This document shows positions 10,413 to 19,721 of a stretch of DNA of 64,000 nt, one piece after another (the first letter of the stretch is position 1; every line of letters begins with the position of its first letter). The notes below the pieces were generated by a model. It searched no databases and had not been told where the DNA came from. It was given only the letters and a program-made list of their open reading frames with translations. The translations under genes were made by a program, and so were the position numbers. Origin of the DNA: an uncultured Clostridia bacterium (GTDB lineage: Bacteria > Bacillota > Clostridia > TANB77 > CAG-508); contig CAPXSA010000002.1 in NCBI GenBank assembly GCA_948735595.1, positions 33,713-97,712 of the forward strand. The letters are read 5' to 3'.

Positions 10413-10874
10413 TTAGTTTTCCTTTTTAAAGGCGAAAAATTTACTGATAAAGAAATTTAAGATAATGACAATAATAGTAATTAAAACTTTGTTAATTAGA
10501 TAGGCCATGTTATCACTAAACATTCCATAGAAGGAGTGAATAACATCATTTAATAGAAACACTCCTACAATTTCTATTACCATAGTAAATGCTCTACCTA
10601 AAATAAATTTTCCAAATTCAATCCATTTGTCTTTAGCGGTATGTGCATCAGAATGAAATACCCATTTACGATTGGTAAAATAAGCAAATAGGATAGAACA
10701 AATAATTCCAATAGTACTTGCAATATTTCCTTCTATATGACAAAATGCTTTTAATAAATAAGAAATGATGATATTGACAAGAGTAGTTAATACCCCGAAA
10801 ATCAGATAAGATATGACTTCTTTATTACATATTTTTTTAATAAGTGTTTTTAATTTTTCCATATTTTTCTCCAT
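10413..10874 (-). CDS. GtrA-family polysaccharide-synthesis membrane protein
   Basis: 153 aa, 4 TM, KFILGRAFTMVIEIVGVFLLN GtrA-like pattern. Confidence 0.55.
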   Translation of the reverse strand: MEKNMEKLKTLIKKICNKEVISYLIFGVLTTLVNIIISYLLKAFCHIEGNIASTIGIICSILFAYFTNRKWVFHSDAHTAKDKWIEFGKFILGRAFTMVIEIVGVFLLNDVIHSFYGMFSDNMAYLINKVLITIIVIILNFFISKFFAFKKEN

Positions 10875-10919
10875 GTAAGATTTAATATTAAAAAATCACT
10901 AGTTTAAAACTAGTGATAA

Positions 10920-10994
10920 TGGCAGGGGTAGAAGGATTCGAACCCTCACAGGCGGTTTTGGAGACCGATGTGCTACCATTAACACTATACCCCT
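10920..10994 (-). tRNA. tRNA-Trp (anticodon CCA)
   Basis: reverse complement AGGGGTATAGTGTTAATGGTAGCACATCGGTCTCCAAAACCG...GGTTCGAATCCTTCTACCCCTGCCA folds as cloverleaf with CCA anticodon; GC-rich against AT-rich background. Confidence 0.85.
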
Positions 10995-11119
10995 AAGTGC
11001 TTAAGTAAAACTACATATATTATATTAGCATAGTTTCCAAAAATGTGCAATGTTTTTTCGCAAATTTTACTTGTTATTTTTTTATAAATAAGCTATAATT
11101 AAAGATACAGTTTATATAT

Positions 11120-11480
11120 GGGGATGTATTTTGGCTTCGACAGTATTCCAGAAGTATTAGTAGCGAGTAGTGGATTCTCACTTGGCCACTTAAATCATGT
11201 GAGAAATTAAAATTAAACGCTGATAATAGAGAATTAGCATACGCTGCCTAGTTGCGGCGACGTCTTACTTTAAGTGCCCACGCTTTTAGATAAGGCGTAG
11301 ATATAGTGGGAAACGAAACTGTTTTTAGTTATGGAAACAGTGGGTAACTTTAAATAACTACTTTCTATATAAGCTTGTTTGTTAGGTTATATAGAAGGGA
11401 ATTTTGAAAACAAACTGCACTCGGAGAAGCTGGTATGGAAAGAATATTGGACAGGGGTTCGACTCCCCTCATCTCCACCA
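11120..11480 (+). ncRNA. ssrA: tmRNA (ssrA), tag reading frame ADNRELAYAA*
   Basis: 5' GGGGATGT..GGCTTCGACAG tRNA-like start, 3' GGACAGGGGTTCGACTCCCCTCATCTCCACCA T-arm/acceptor; internal ORF GCT GAT AAT AGA GAA TTA GCA TAC GCT GCC TAG; -10 TATAAT at 11091. Confidence 0.9.
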
Positions 11481-11507
11481 GTTATAATAGCCTACGATTA
11501 AATACAA

Positions 11508-11548
11508 ATAAAGAATTCGAGATTAATATATTTCTCGAATTCTTTTTG
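11508..11548. terminator. bidirectional terminator (tmRNA / convergent ORF)
   Basis: 12-bp stem AAGAATTCGAGA...TCTCGAATTCTT with T/A runs on both sides. Confidence 0.6.
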
Positions 11549-11822
11549 CATTTTCAAGTGTTATTCTATTATTCATAACAGCACAATTAATTAGATAATA
11601 TAAATTATCTTTGCAAGTACTATCTTCATGTTCTATGATTTCGTCTAATATATAGTTAGGAATAGCAAAATCAAAGCGAGATTGTATCTTACTTGCTTTT
11701 TGCTTCCATATTTTAACTTCTTCAGGCATTTCTATATGAATAGATGAATTTGTATTAAACAATAAAGTATCTTCAAACTCCTCTAAGCGAGAAGAAAATG
11801 TTTTTTTAAACTCTTTTGTCAT
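11523..11822 (-). CDS. hypothetical protein
   Basis: 99-aa ORF downstream of and co-oriented with the XRE regulator gene. Confidence 0.4.
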   Translation of the reverse strand: MTKEFKKTFSSRLEEFEDTLLFNTNSSIHIEMPEEVKIWKQKASKIQSRFDFAIPNYILDEIIEHEDSTCKDNLYYLINCAVMNNRITLENAKRIREIY

Positions 11823-11922
11823 ATGTATATGTCCTTTTATAAAATATAATATAATATATTTTATAAGAAGAACAATCCAATGTCAATATAAAAATTTCAA
11901 AACAAATAAATATATTCGAAAT

Positions 11923-12249
11923 TTATTTACTCTTTAGAAATAAGACTAACTTTTGCAACGCCTCACAACCAACCTCTATTTGTTCATTAGAAAATTCTGA
12001 TAAAATTGTTTTTGTGTTGTTAATAATATCATTATCTTTACCAAATAAGATATAATCAGCTGACAAATTGGTTATATCACAAAGAATTTTTAATTTTTCT
12101 ATGGATAAATAGCTTTTGCCATGTTCAACGACGCCTAAATATTGACCAGAAATTCCAAGCAATTTAGCAAACTTTTCTTTCGTCATACCCATATTTTCTC
12201 TAATTTGTCTAATTCTTTTTCCTACTTCTTCTTTCATCAGTAAATCCAC
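11923..12249 (-). CDS. XRE-family HTH transcriptional regulator
   Basis: 108 aa; GKRIRQIRENMGMTKEKFAKLLGISGQYLGVVEHGK is a Cro/C1-type HTH; divergent from the response-regulator gene. Confidence 0.75.
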   Translation of the reverse strand: MDLLMKEEVGKRIRQIRENMGMTKEKFAKLLGISGQYLGVVEHGKSYLSIEKLKILCDITNLSADYILFGKDNDIINNTKTILSEFSNEQIEVGCEALQKLVLFLKSK

Positions 12250-12386
12250 TCCTCGTAAATCTTTATATATAAGTTATTCTAGACGATTAGATAAACATAA
12301 AAATGAATATAAATAATATTAAAATGTGGAAAGATATTACAAATTATGATATTATATGACCATAAATTTTTAACGGAGGAAGAAAA

Positions 12387-13169
12387 ATGTCAAGTGCACC
12401 AATAAAAATATTATTAGTAGAAGATGACATAGATGAATGCAATAGATATAAAGTTATTAGTGATAAAAGAAGTGACATCAATTTAGTAGCAGTTACAAAT
12501 TCATCCACTAAAGCGATTGAATATTTAAAATACTATAAACCAGATGCTGTAATTCTAGATTTAGAATTGAATAAAGGTGAAGGTAGTGGTTTTGAATTTA
12601 TTGAAAACATGGCGAAACAAAGTGTAACGAAAAGACCTAACATTGTTGTAACTACTAATGTATGTTCTGACTCTGTATATGATTTTTGTCATAAGAACAA
12701 AATAGATTTTATCTTTTATAAGAAACAAGTAAATTATTCACAAGAAAAAATTTTGAATACCTTACTGCTATTAAGTGGCTATGAGAATGAGAAAACAGTG
12801 GAATATGAAGTAGATGAAAAAGTAGAAGAAGACAAGATTATAGATAAAATTAATAAGGAACTAGAATTAATTGGAATTAGTTCACATTTGCAAGGTAAGA
12901 AATATTTATGTGATGCTATTTATTTTGTTATTAAAAATGATGCAAGAGATACCAAAATATCAATTATTCAACATCTGGTAGGCAAATACAAAAAGTCAAA
13001 CAGTACGATTAGTAGGGCTATGCAAAATGCAATATTACATGCTTGGAGAATATCATCATTAGAAGATTTAACAACTCATTATACTGCAAGAATCAATTAT
13101 GAAACTGGTGTGCCAACTCCTACAGAATTAATTTATTATTATGCAGACAAAATAAAGAAGGAAGTATAA
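12387..13169 (+). CDS. Spo0A-like response regulator (REC + Spo0A_C DNA-binding domain), divergent paralog
   Basis: 260 aa; REC domain with acidic pocket (LLVEDD...VILDLEL); C-terminus ISSHLQGKKYLCDAIYFVIKND...ISRAMQNAILHAWRIS...PTPTELIYYYADKI aligns to the Spo0A C-terminal domain but diverges from the near-invariant Spo0A recognition helix. Confidence 0.65.
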   Translation: MSSAPIKILLVEDDIDECNRYKVISDKRSDINLVAVTNSSTKAIEYLKYYKPDAVILDLELNKGEGSGFEFIENMAKQSVTKRPNIVVTTNVCSDSVYDFCHKNKIDFIFYKKQVNYSQEKILNTLLLLSGYENEKTVEYEVDEKVEEDKIIDKINKELELIGISSHLQGKKYLCDAIYFVIKNDARDTKISIIQHLVGKYKKSNSTISRAMQNAILHAWRISSLEDLTTHYTARINYETGVPTPTELIYYYADKIKKEV

Positions 13170-13269
13170 AACTAATTACTCCTAGCGTTATATTTTAGAA
13201 AAAGTAAGAAAATTGTCATTTTATGTCATAAAAAATAATGGAATGCAACAGAAAAACACCTCTGAATAT

Positions 13270-13293
13270 CATGTATACAATCACGTATACATG
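13270..13293. promoter_or_regulatory. 9-6-9 perfect palindrome CATGTATAC-AATCAC-GTATACATG (candidate regulator binding site)
   Basis: read directly from sequence; lies between the RR gene and the peptide ORF/HK promoter. Confidence 0.4.
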
Positions 13294-13337
13294 GTATTTT
13301 TTTATTGTAAATATAAGCACACAGGGGAGGTGATAGT

Positions 13338-13388
13338 ATGAGTTTTTGGGAGTGGTTATTAAAATGGATTGGCGGATCAGGAAAATAA
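13338..13388 (+). CDS. 16-aa Trp-rich peptide MSFWEWLLKWIGGSGK (candidate signalling/regulatory peptide)
   Basis: ATG 7 nt after strong RBS GGGGAGGTG; 3 Trp in 16 aa; ~100 nt upstream of the AgrC-like kinase gene; not in the ORF track (<60 aa). Confidence 0.35.
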   Translation: MSFWEWLLKWIGGSGK

Positions 13389-13492
13389 TAAAAACGCAGT
13401 TTGTAGTAATCAAAATAATACAATGAAATAAAAGTATTATATTGATTGCTACATTTTTTTTATATATAATTATATTCAAAAGGGAGAAAGCA

Positions 13493-14995
13493 ATGAATTT
13501 ACAGATAAATACAATTGTAAATTTTATGAAATTATTTATACTAAATTTATATGTATATTTAGTATTCATGAAAATTATTAATAATACAAAATATAGCATA
13601 AGAAAGGTAAATTTAGTAGTAATATCAAATTTTATATTAAGCATGATAACAGTATATATTGATACTTATATAGATTTTTTTCTATCAATAGTATTTTTAA
13701 TTGTAATCTATAGTGGACTAATAGGTATAATTTATAAGATAAAACTTGGATATTCATTTATAGTTAATTTGATTTCTTATGCAATATGCATGGTTTTATA
13801 TGTAATAAGTATAATAATCAATTTTATTCCATATAGAATATGTTCTGAAGTCTTTCATATAGATAATGACTATCTAACACTATTCTTGTTGCTAATGGTA
13901 TTGTCCATTTTGTTATATGGATTTTTCAAGATTAAAAGATTTAAAAACGGATTTGATTTTTTGAAAATAAAATTAAATAATGATTATACAGATATTATTG
14001 TAATGAATATTAGTACAATAATCATATTAATATATAGTTCGCTTGGAAGCTTTGTAAGAATTAATTTTGAAAAACTAACAAGAAATTTATTTATTTCATT
14101 TAGTATTATAGCAATTATTATGATTATAACGATCCAAAAAACTCTCACTATGTACTATAAACAAAAACTATTAAAGCAAACTATGAAAGATTACGAAAGA
14201 GAGTTAGTAGAAAAGAATAAAGAAATAGAAAGACTGAAAAGTGAGAAATTTAATATCAGTAAAATTACACATGAATTTTATAACAGACAAAAAGCATTAG
14301 AAAAATCTGTAAAAGATAAATTAAGTAATATGGAAACAGCAGAAGAGTTAGGTGCTATTAATAGAATACAAGATTTAACAAAAGAATATTCACAAAAACT
14401 AGAAGCAATGAAAAGTCTAACCACATTGCCTTTGACAGAAATTCCTGAAATAGATGATATGTTCAAATATATGCAAACAGAATGTGATAAAAATAAGATT
14501 GAATTTAAGTTAAAGATAGTGGGAGATATGTTTTATTTAGTAAATCATATTATTCCTAAGAACAAGCTTGCAACAATGATAGGTGACCACATTAGAGATG
14601 CCATTATTGCTATTAATTCTAGTAAAACAACTGATAGAGAAATATTTGTAATATTGGGAATCAAAGATAGAAAATATGAATTGTGCATTTATGACACAGG
14701 AATAGAATTTGAAATAGATACTTTATTGAAACTTGGACTAGAGCCGGTTACTACTCACAAAGATACTGGAGGTAGTGGAATAGGATTTTTAACAACATTT
14801 GAAACATTGAATGAAACAAAGGCCAGTTTAATGATTAAAGAATTATCTGATTCAGAAGGAAATCATTATACAAAAGCTGTTATTATTAGATTTGACAATA
14901 AACACCAATATAAGATATATTCTTATAGAGCAAAAGAAATGAAAGAAAAGAATCAAGATAGAAAAATAATAATAGAAGATATAACAAGTTATTAA
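13493..14995 (+). CDS. membrane sensor histidine kinase, AgrC/ComD-like (HPK10 family, GHKL ATPase)
   Basis: ORF 13442..14995; ATG 13493 follows RBS AAAGGGAGAAAG; 6-7 N-terminal TM helices; H-box ..KITHEFYNRQKAL..; C-terminal DTGIEFEIDTLLKLG...GGSGIGFLT ATP-binding motifs; -35 TTGATT / -10 TATAAT at 13442-13470. Confidence 0.7.
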   Translation: MNLQINTIVNFMKLFILNLYVYLVFMKIINNTKYSIRKVNLVVISNFILSMITVYIDTYIDFFLSIVFLIVIYSGLIGIIYKIKLGYSFIVNLISYAICMVLYVISIIINFIPYRICSEVFHIDNDYLTLFLLLMVLSILLYGFFKIKRFKNGFDFLKIKLNNDYTDIIVMNISTIIILIYSSLGSFVRINFEKLTRNLFISFSIIAIIMIITIQKTLTMYYKQKLLKQTMKDYERELVEKNKEIERLKSEKFNISKITHEFYNRQKALEKSVKDKLSNMETAEELGAINRIQDLTKEYSQKLEAMKSLTTLPLTEIPEIDDMFKYMQTECDKNKIEFKLKIVGDMFYLVNHIIPKNKLATMIGDHIRDAIIAINSSKTTDREIFVILGIKDRKYELCIYDTGIEFEIDTLLKLGLEPVTTHKDTGGSGIGFLTTFETLNETKASLMIKELSDSEGNHYTKAVIIRFDNKHQYKIYSYRAKEMKEKNQDRKIIIEDITSY

Positions 14996-15011
14996 GATAA
15001 TCTTAAAATGC

Positions 15012-15046
15012 AAAGTACAACTCTAATAAAGTTGTATTTTTTTTGA
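15012..15046 (+). terminator. rho-independent terminator after kinase gene
   Basis: AAAGTACAACTctaataaAGTTGTATTTTTTTT. Confidence 0.6.
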
Positions 15047-15113
15047 ATTTATGATATAACAGAAACATAGAATGATGTATTGATGCTTAAGGGCATCAAG
15101 AAAGGAAGAAAAA

Positions 15114-15797
15114 ATGAAAAAATTTGGAAATATTTTATGGGGATTAGTATTTATTGTACTAGGTCTTGTACTAGGCTTAAATGCTATGGAAATAACTGAT
15201 ATTGATATCTTCTTTAGAGGATGGTGGACCTTATTTATTATTATTCCATGTTTTATAGGGATTTTTAGAGAAAGAGAAAAAATAGGAAATTTAATTGGAT
15301 GTTTAATAGGTGTAGCATTATTACTATGCTGCCAAGGAATTTTGGATTTTGATATGATGTGGAAATTATTGGTACCAACTGTTTTAGTAGTTGTTGGATT
15401 ATGCTTTATTTTTAGAGAAGCAATTGGTGGAAAAATCAATCAAGAAATCAAAAACTTAAATGCAAATAAAAAAGGACAAACAGAATATTGTGCTACTTTT
15501 TCAGGACAGAATTTGAACTTTGATAGACAAGAATTTAAAGGAGCAGACTTTACAGCTGTATTTGGCGGAGTAAAATGTGATTTAAGAAATGCGATTATTA
15601 ACTCAGACCAAGTGATTAATGCTAGTAGCACTTTTGGAGGAATTGATATTTTTGTACCATCTAATGTACAAGTTAAAATCAAATCAACTCCAATATTTGG
15701 TGGAGTAAATGATAAAGCAAGCCATACCTCAAACCCAGAAGCACCAACTCTATATATTAATGCTACTTGTATATTTGGAGGTGTTGAAATAAGATGA
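15114..15797 (+). CDS. LiaF-like / DUF2154 cell-envelope stress membrane protein
   Basis: 227 aa; N-terminal TM segments and C-terminal repeated FGGV/FGGI beta-strand motifs. Confidence 0.5.
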   Translation: MKKFGNILWGLVFIVLGLVLGLNAMEITDIDIFFRGWWTLFIIIPCFIGIFREREKIGNLIGCLIGVALLLCCQGILDFDMMWKLLVPTVLVVVGLCFIFREAIGGKINQEIKNLNANKKGQTEYCATFSGQNLNFDRQEFKGADFTAVFGGVKCDLRNAIINSDQVINASSTFGGIDIFVPSNVQVKIKSTPIFGGVNDKASHTSNPEAPTLYINATCIFGGVEIR

Positions 15798-16642
15798 CAA
15801 CCATACAAAGAATTATTAAATATTGTGCCATTGCTTTTGCTATTTTTATTATAGTTAGCATTATATCATCTATTCTTTTTGGATTAAATACCTTTAGTGA
15901 AATTTTAGGATTTGCAAGAACAGAAAGAGAGCCAGAGCCTTCCAATAATATAATTCATAATGAAGTGGGAAGAGATGAAAAGGTAGAAAAGGAATTTGAC
16001 AATACGCAAATTGCAAAATTAAAAATAGATATTGAGTATGCAACATTAACTATTCAACAAGGTGATAAATTCAAAGTGGCTAGTAATACAAGTAACATAG
16101 AAGCAAAACAGTCTGAAGATGAAATAGTAATTAGAGAAAAGAATGTAAATTTATTTAGACAAAATAGCCCAAGAAGAATTATTATTACTGTTCCAAGAAA
16201 CACTGTATTAGATACAATTAAAATTGCAGCAGGAGCAGGTGAAATTAAAATTGAAAAACTAGAATGTAAAAAGTTAGATTTAGATATTGGAGCGGGAAAG
16301 ACCACGATTCAAGATTTAAATGTTACACAAAAAGCAAAAATCGAAGGTGGAGCAGGAAAAGTAGAAATCCTATCAGGAGAAATTGCAAACCTAGATTTAG
16401 ATATGGGAGTAGGTATGTTTAAAATGGTGTCAAGCTTATTGGGAGATACTAAAATTAATGCAGGAGTAGGAAAATTAGAAGTTACTCTAAAAAATGGAAT
16501 TGACAAATATACAATAAAAGCAAATAAAGGAATTGGATCTATTACAATAGATGGAAAAGAAGTATCAGATGGTGCTACTTATGGTAAAGGAGAAAATAAC
16601 ATTAAAGTAGAAGGCGGAATAGGAAGCATTACTATAAAATAA
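15794..16642 (+). CDS. DUF4097 (toastrack/putative adhesin) domain protein
   Basis: 282 aa; N-terminal TM then repeated G.GxxxI beta-helical repeats (IAAGAGEIKIE, IGAGKTTIQD, EGGAGKVEIL...). Confidence 0.5.
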   Translation: MTTIQRIIKYCAIAFAIFIIVSIISSILFGLNTFSEILGFARTEREPEPSNNIIHNEVGRDEKVEKEFDNTQIAKLKIDIEYATLTIQQGDKFKVASNTSNIEAKQSEDEIVIREKNVNLFRQNSPRRIIITVPRNTVLDTIKIAAGAGEIKIEKLECKKLDLDIGAGKTTIQDLNVTQKAKIEGGAGKVEILSGEIANLDLDMGVGMFKMVSSLLGDTKINAGVGKLEVTLKNGIDKYTIKANKGIGSITIDGKEVSDGATYGKGENNIKVEGGIGSITIK

Positions 16643-16721
16643 AGGACATACAGCATACTTGAACTAAAAAGTATGTTGTATTATTTTATATTTTATGATA
16701 TAAAATAAAGAAATACGAACT

Positions 16722-16814
16722 AACAAATTCTAAAAGCAAAGCTTTAAGAATTTGTAACGTTTCGCATAACTCTCTTCTACGTCATTACACTTACGTGTAA
16801 TTCCTAGAATATAG
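16722..16814 (+). promoter_or_regulatory. conserved upstream motif, copy A (shared with 60714..60824)
   Basis: ACAAATTCTAAAAGCAAAGCTTTAAGAATTTGTAAC...TCGCATAACTCTCTTCTACGTCATTA...hairpin ATTACAC/GTGTAAT...CTAGAATATAGA; near-identical block precedes the cohesin/dockerin gene. Confidence 0.5.
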
Positions 16815-16832
16815 AAAAAAGGAAATAAAAGG

Positions 16833-17673
16833 ATGATTAATCTATTATTAAGTGGAAATGAAAAAGTATTTGATGGAGCATTAACACAATTAATTTCTAT
16901 CAAGAATAGAACAAAAGAGCCTGTTCACTGTTATATTTTTACAATGGACGCTACTAGAATAAAGCCAGAATATACGGCGATTCGAGATGAGCAAATTGAT
17001 TTCTTAAATCAAGTAGTAAAAGCAAAAGATGAAAGAAATCAAGTAACAAAAGTGGATGTAACAGATTTGTATGAGCAAGAGTTCAAAGGTTGTCCTAATG
17101 AAGGAGCCTATTGTACGCCATATACTTTGTTGAGGCTTTTAGCAGATAAAATAGCAGAAGTTCCAGACAAGTTACTTTATTTAGATATTGATATGATGGT
17201 AGCTGATGATTTATCTAAGCTATATGATATTGATGTTTCAGAATATGAGTATGCAGCAGTAAGAGAAAAATATCGGTTGTTGGTTTGTTAGACCAGATTA
17301 CATTAATGCAGGTATGCTACTCATGAATATGAAAAAAATAAAGGAAACTGGACTTTTAGAAAAAGCCAGAGAAAAAATCAAAACAAAGAAAATGCTATTT
17401 GCAGACCAAGATGCAGTGTTTAGGTCTACTACTAAAAAGAAATTACTTCCACGCATTTATAATGAACAATCTAAATTCAATAAAGAAGATACAGTCATTT
17501 GCCATTTTTGCAAGAGATTAATGTATAGACCATATCCACATACAGAAAATATTAAGCAATGGCATATTGATAAAGTACATAGTGTATATAAGTGCCATGT
17601 ATTTGATAGCGATTTAGAAGAGTATTTAAAGCTAAAAGAGAAATTTGAACAAAAAGAACTCATAACAAAGTAG
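16833..17673 (+). pseudogene. glycosyltransferase family 8, interrupted by frameshift near 17268 (A5 run)
   Basis: ORFs 16833..17291 and 17314..17673 are two halves of one GT8 protein; second frame reads ..EKNIGCWFVRPDYINAGMLLMNMKK (GT8 'NAGVLL' motif) directly continuing the first. Confidence 0.6.
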
Positions 17674-17685
17674 GGAGAAAATAAG

Positions 17686-19584
17686 ATGGAGAATAATTTA
17701 GAAGTAATACCGATTTTTTATGCGGTAGATGATGGATATGTACCGTTTTTTGCAGTGTCTATCCATTCATTGATAGAAAATAGTTCGAAAGAATATTATT
17801 ATGCAATTAAGGTGTTATACACTAATATTTGTGAAGAGAACAAAAAGAAGATTCTAAAATATGAAAGAGATAATGTCAAAATAGAGTTTGTAGATTTGAA
17901 CTATTATATCGAAGAGATTAAGGACAAATTATTTACACGTGACTATTACACAAAGACAACCTATTTTAGATTATTTATTCCAAACATCTATCCACAATAC
18001 AATAAAGTTATCTACTTAGATAGCGATACAGTATTATTAGGAGATGTAGCAGAGTTATATCTCCAAGATATGGGTAGTAATTTAGTGGCAGTTGTACCAG
18101 ATGATATTATTCAAAATGAAGAGATTTTCCAAGAATATGTAGAAAAGGTAGTTGGAGTAGCAGATTACAGAAAGTACTTTAATGCAGGTGTTTTGGTCAT
18201 GAACTTAGATGAAATGCGTAAATCTAAGTTTCAAGAAAAATTCTTGTATTTATTAGAAACAGTAAAATTTGCAGTTGTACAAGACCAAGACTACTTGAAT
18301 AGATTATGTAAGGGAAGAACTAAAATACTAGAGAATGGTTGGAACAGGATGCCTGTGCCAAATAACAAAACAAAAGTAGAAAAATTAAATCTAATCCATT
18401 ATAATCTAAACTATAAACCATGGCATTATGATGGTATTGTATATGAAGAGTATTTTTGGCAATATGCTGAAAAAACCGAATATTATGAGGATATTAAAAA
18501 TATCAAGGACAATTATTCAGAAGAAGAACGTTTTAGAGATAGAGAACAATACGAAAATTTGAAAGCTTTAGCAAAGAAAGAATCTGACTGTGTGGGTGAT
18601 GATAGAATTCCCAAAAGGAAGTTAGACGAAATTAATGAAAATACAAAAAGATGGACGCTAAAGACTTTATTAAAACGAGATAATAGTACATTAGAAGCAA
18701 TATTAGAAGATAGAGAAGAAGGGTTAAATGAAAAACATCAAGAAAGATTAAATGTCTTAAAAAGAATTGAAGATATGGAAAGACAGGGAATTTTCGATAT
18801 TGACGCAGAAGAAGACCCACCAACTATTACTTTAACAGCAGACAATGTAGATTATTTAAACAAGAAAAGTAGTAATAAAATCAAAACGAAATTTGCTAAT
18901 AAAATAGGAGAACACTTTTTAGATAGTTTACTAAAAAACAAAAAATTAATTATTAAAGATGTGCAAGGAATAGAAAACTTACAAAATATTGAAACAGGTG
19001 CTATCCTTACGTGCAATCACTTTAATCCTTATGATAGTTTTGCAATTGAAGAAGTATGCAGGCGTGCAGGACAGCTAAAGAAAAGAAAATTATATAAAAT
19101 TATTCGTGAAGGAAATTATACTAACTTTTCGGGATTATATGGTTTCTTTTTTAGACATTGTGATACTTTGCCATTAAGTTCTAGCAATGAAACTATGATG
19201 GAATTTATAAAAGCAGTAGATACCATTTTACAAAGAAAAGACTTTATTTTGATTTATCCAGAGCAAAGTATGTGGTGGAATTATCGTAAACCAAAGCCAT
19301 TAAAAAATGGAGCATTTAAGCTAGCTAGCAAAAATAATGTGCCAATTATTCCAATTTTTATTACCATGGAAGATAGCGACATTATGGGAGAAGATGATTT
19401 CCCAGTACAACAATATATTATTCATATTGAAAAGCCAATTTATCCAAATAGTGAGTTATCAGATAAAGAAAATGTGGTACAAATGAAAGAACAAAATGCC
19501 ACAATTTGGAAAAGAGTATATGAGGATTTTTACAAAGTTCCATTAGAATATACTACTGAGAAGAAAGAGATAGATGTTATTTAA
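17686..19584 (+). CDS. fusion protein: N-terminal GT8 glycosyltransferase + C-terminal lysophospholipid acyltransferase (LPLAT/PlsC-like)
   Basis: 632 aa; N-term IPIFYAVDDGYVPFFAVSIHSL..(GT8); C-term ..ILTCNHFNPYDSF.. NHx4D acyltransferase motif and ..IYPEQSMWWN.. Confidence 0.6.
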   Translation: MENNLEVIPIFYAVDDGYVPFFAVSIHSLIENSSKEYYYAIKVLYTNICEENKKKILKYERDNVKIEFVDLNYYIEEIKDKLFTRDYYTKTTYFRLFIPNIYPQYNKVIYLDSDTVLLGDVAELYLQDMGSNLVAVVPDDIIQNEEIFQEYVEKVVGVADYRKYFNAGVLVMNLDEMRKSKFQEKFLYLLETVKFAVVQDQDYLNRLCKGRTKILENGWNRMPVPNNKTKVEKLNLIHYNLNYKPWHYDGIVYEEYFWQYAEKTEYYEDIKNIKDNYSEEERFRDREQYENLKALAKKESDCVGDDRIPKRKLDEINENTKRWTLKTLLKRDNSTLEAILEDREEGLNEKHQERLNVLKRIEDMERQGIFDIDAEEDPPTITLTADNVDYLNKKSSNKIKTKFANKIGEHFLDSLLKNKKLIIKDVQGIENLQNIETGAILTCNHFNPYDSFAIEEVCRRAGQLKKRKLYKIIREGNYTNFSGLYGFFFRHCDTLPLSSSNETMMEFIKAVDTILQRKDFILIYPEQSMWWNYRKPKPLKNGAFKLASKNNVPIIPIFITMEDSDIMGEDDFPVQQYIIHIEKPIYPNSELSDKENVVQMKEQNATIWKRVYEDFYKVPLEYTTEKKEIDVI

Positions 19585-19587
19585 TAA

Positions 19588-19700
19588 GTCTATTTTGTAC
19601 TAGTTTTCTTGTTTTTCAAATGCCCGTTGCAGTCAACAAAATCAAAGAAGAAAGTCAGAACGGTACCTTTCAAAACTGCGAAAACTAGTACGAAATAGAC
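19588..19700. repeat. 113-bp element bounded by 21-bp imperfect inverted repeats
   Basis: GTCTATTTTGTACTAGTTTTC (19588-19608) vs reverse complement of GAAAACTAGTACGAAATAGAC (19680-19700), 20/21 match; ~71-nt GC-richer interior. Confidence 0.45.
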
Positions 19701-19721
19701 TTAAAAAGATAAAAAAGAAAG

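Noticed and set aside
13338-13388. Trp-rich small ORF as a transcription-attenuation leader peptide
   Set aside because: The Trp codons are not tandem and the downstream gene is a histidine kinase, not a Trp-related operon. A regulatory or signalling peptide is more plausible.
11481-15100. tmRNA-adjacent accessory locus as an integrated prophage or genomic island using the ssrA att site
   Set aside because: There is no integrase/recombinase and no direct repeat of the tmRNA 3' end downstream. Treated as a chromosomal accessory locus.
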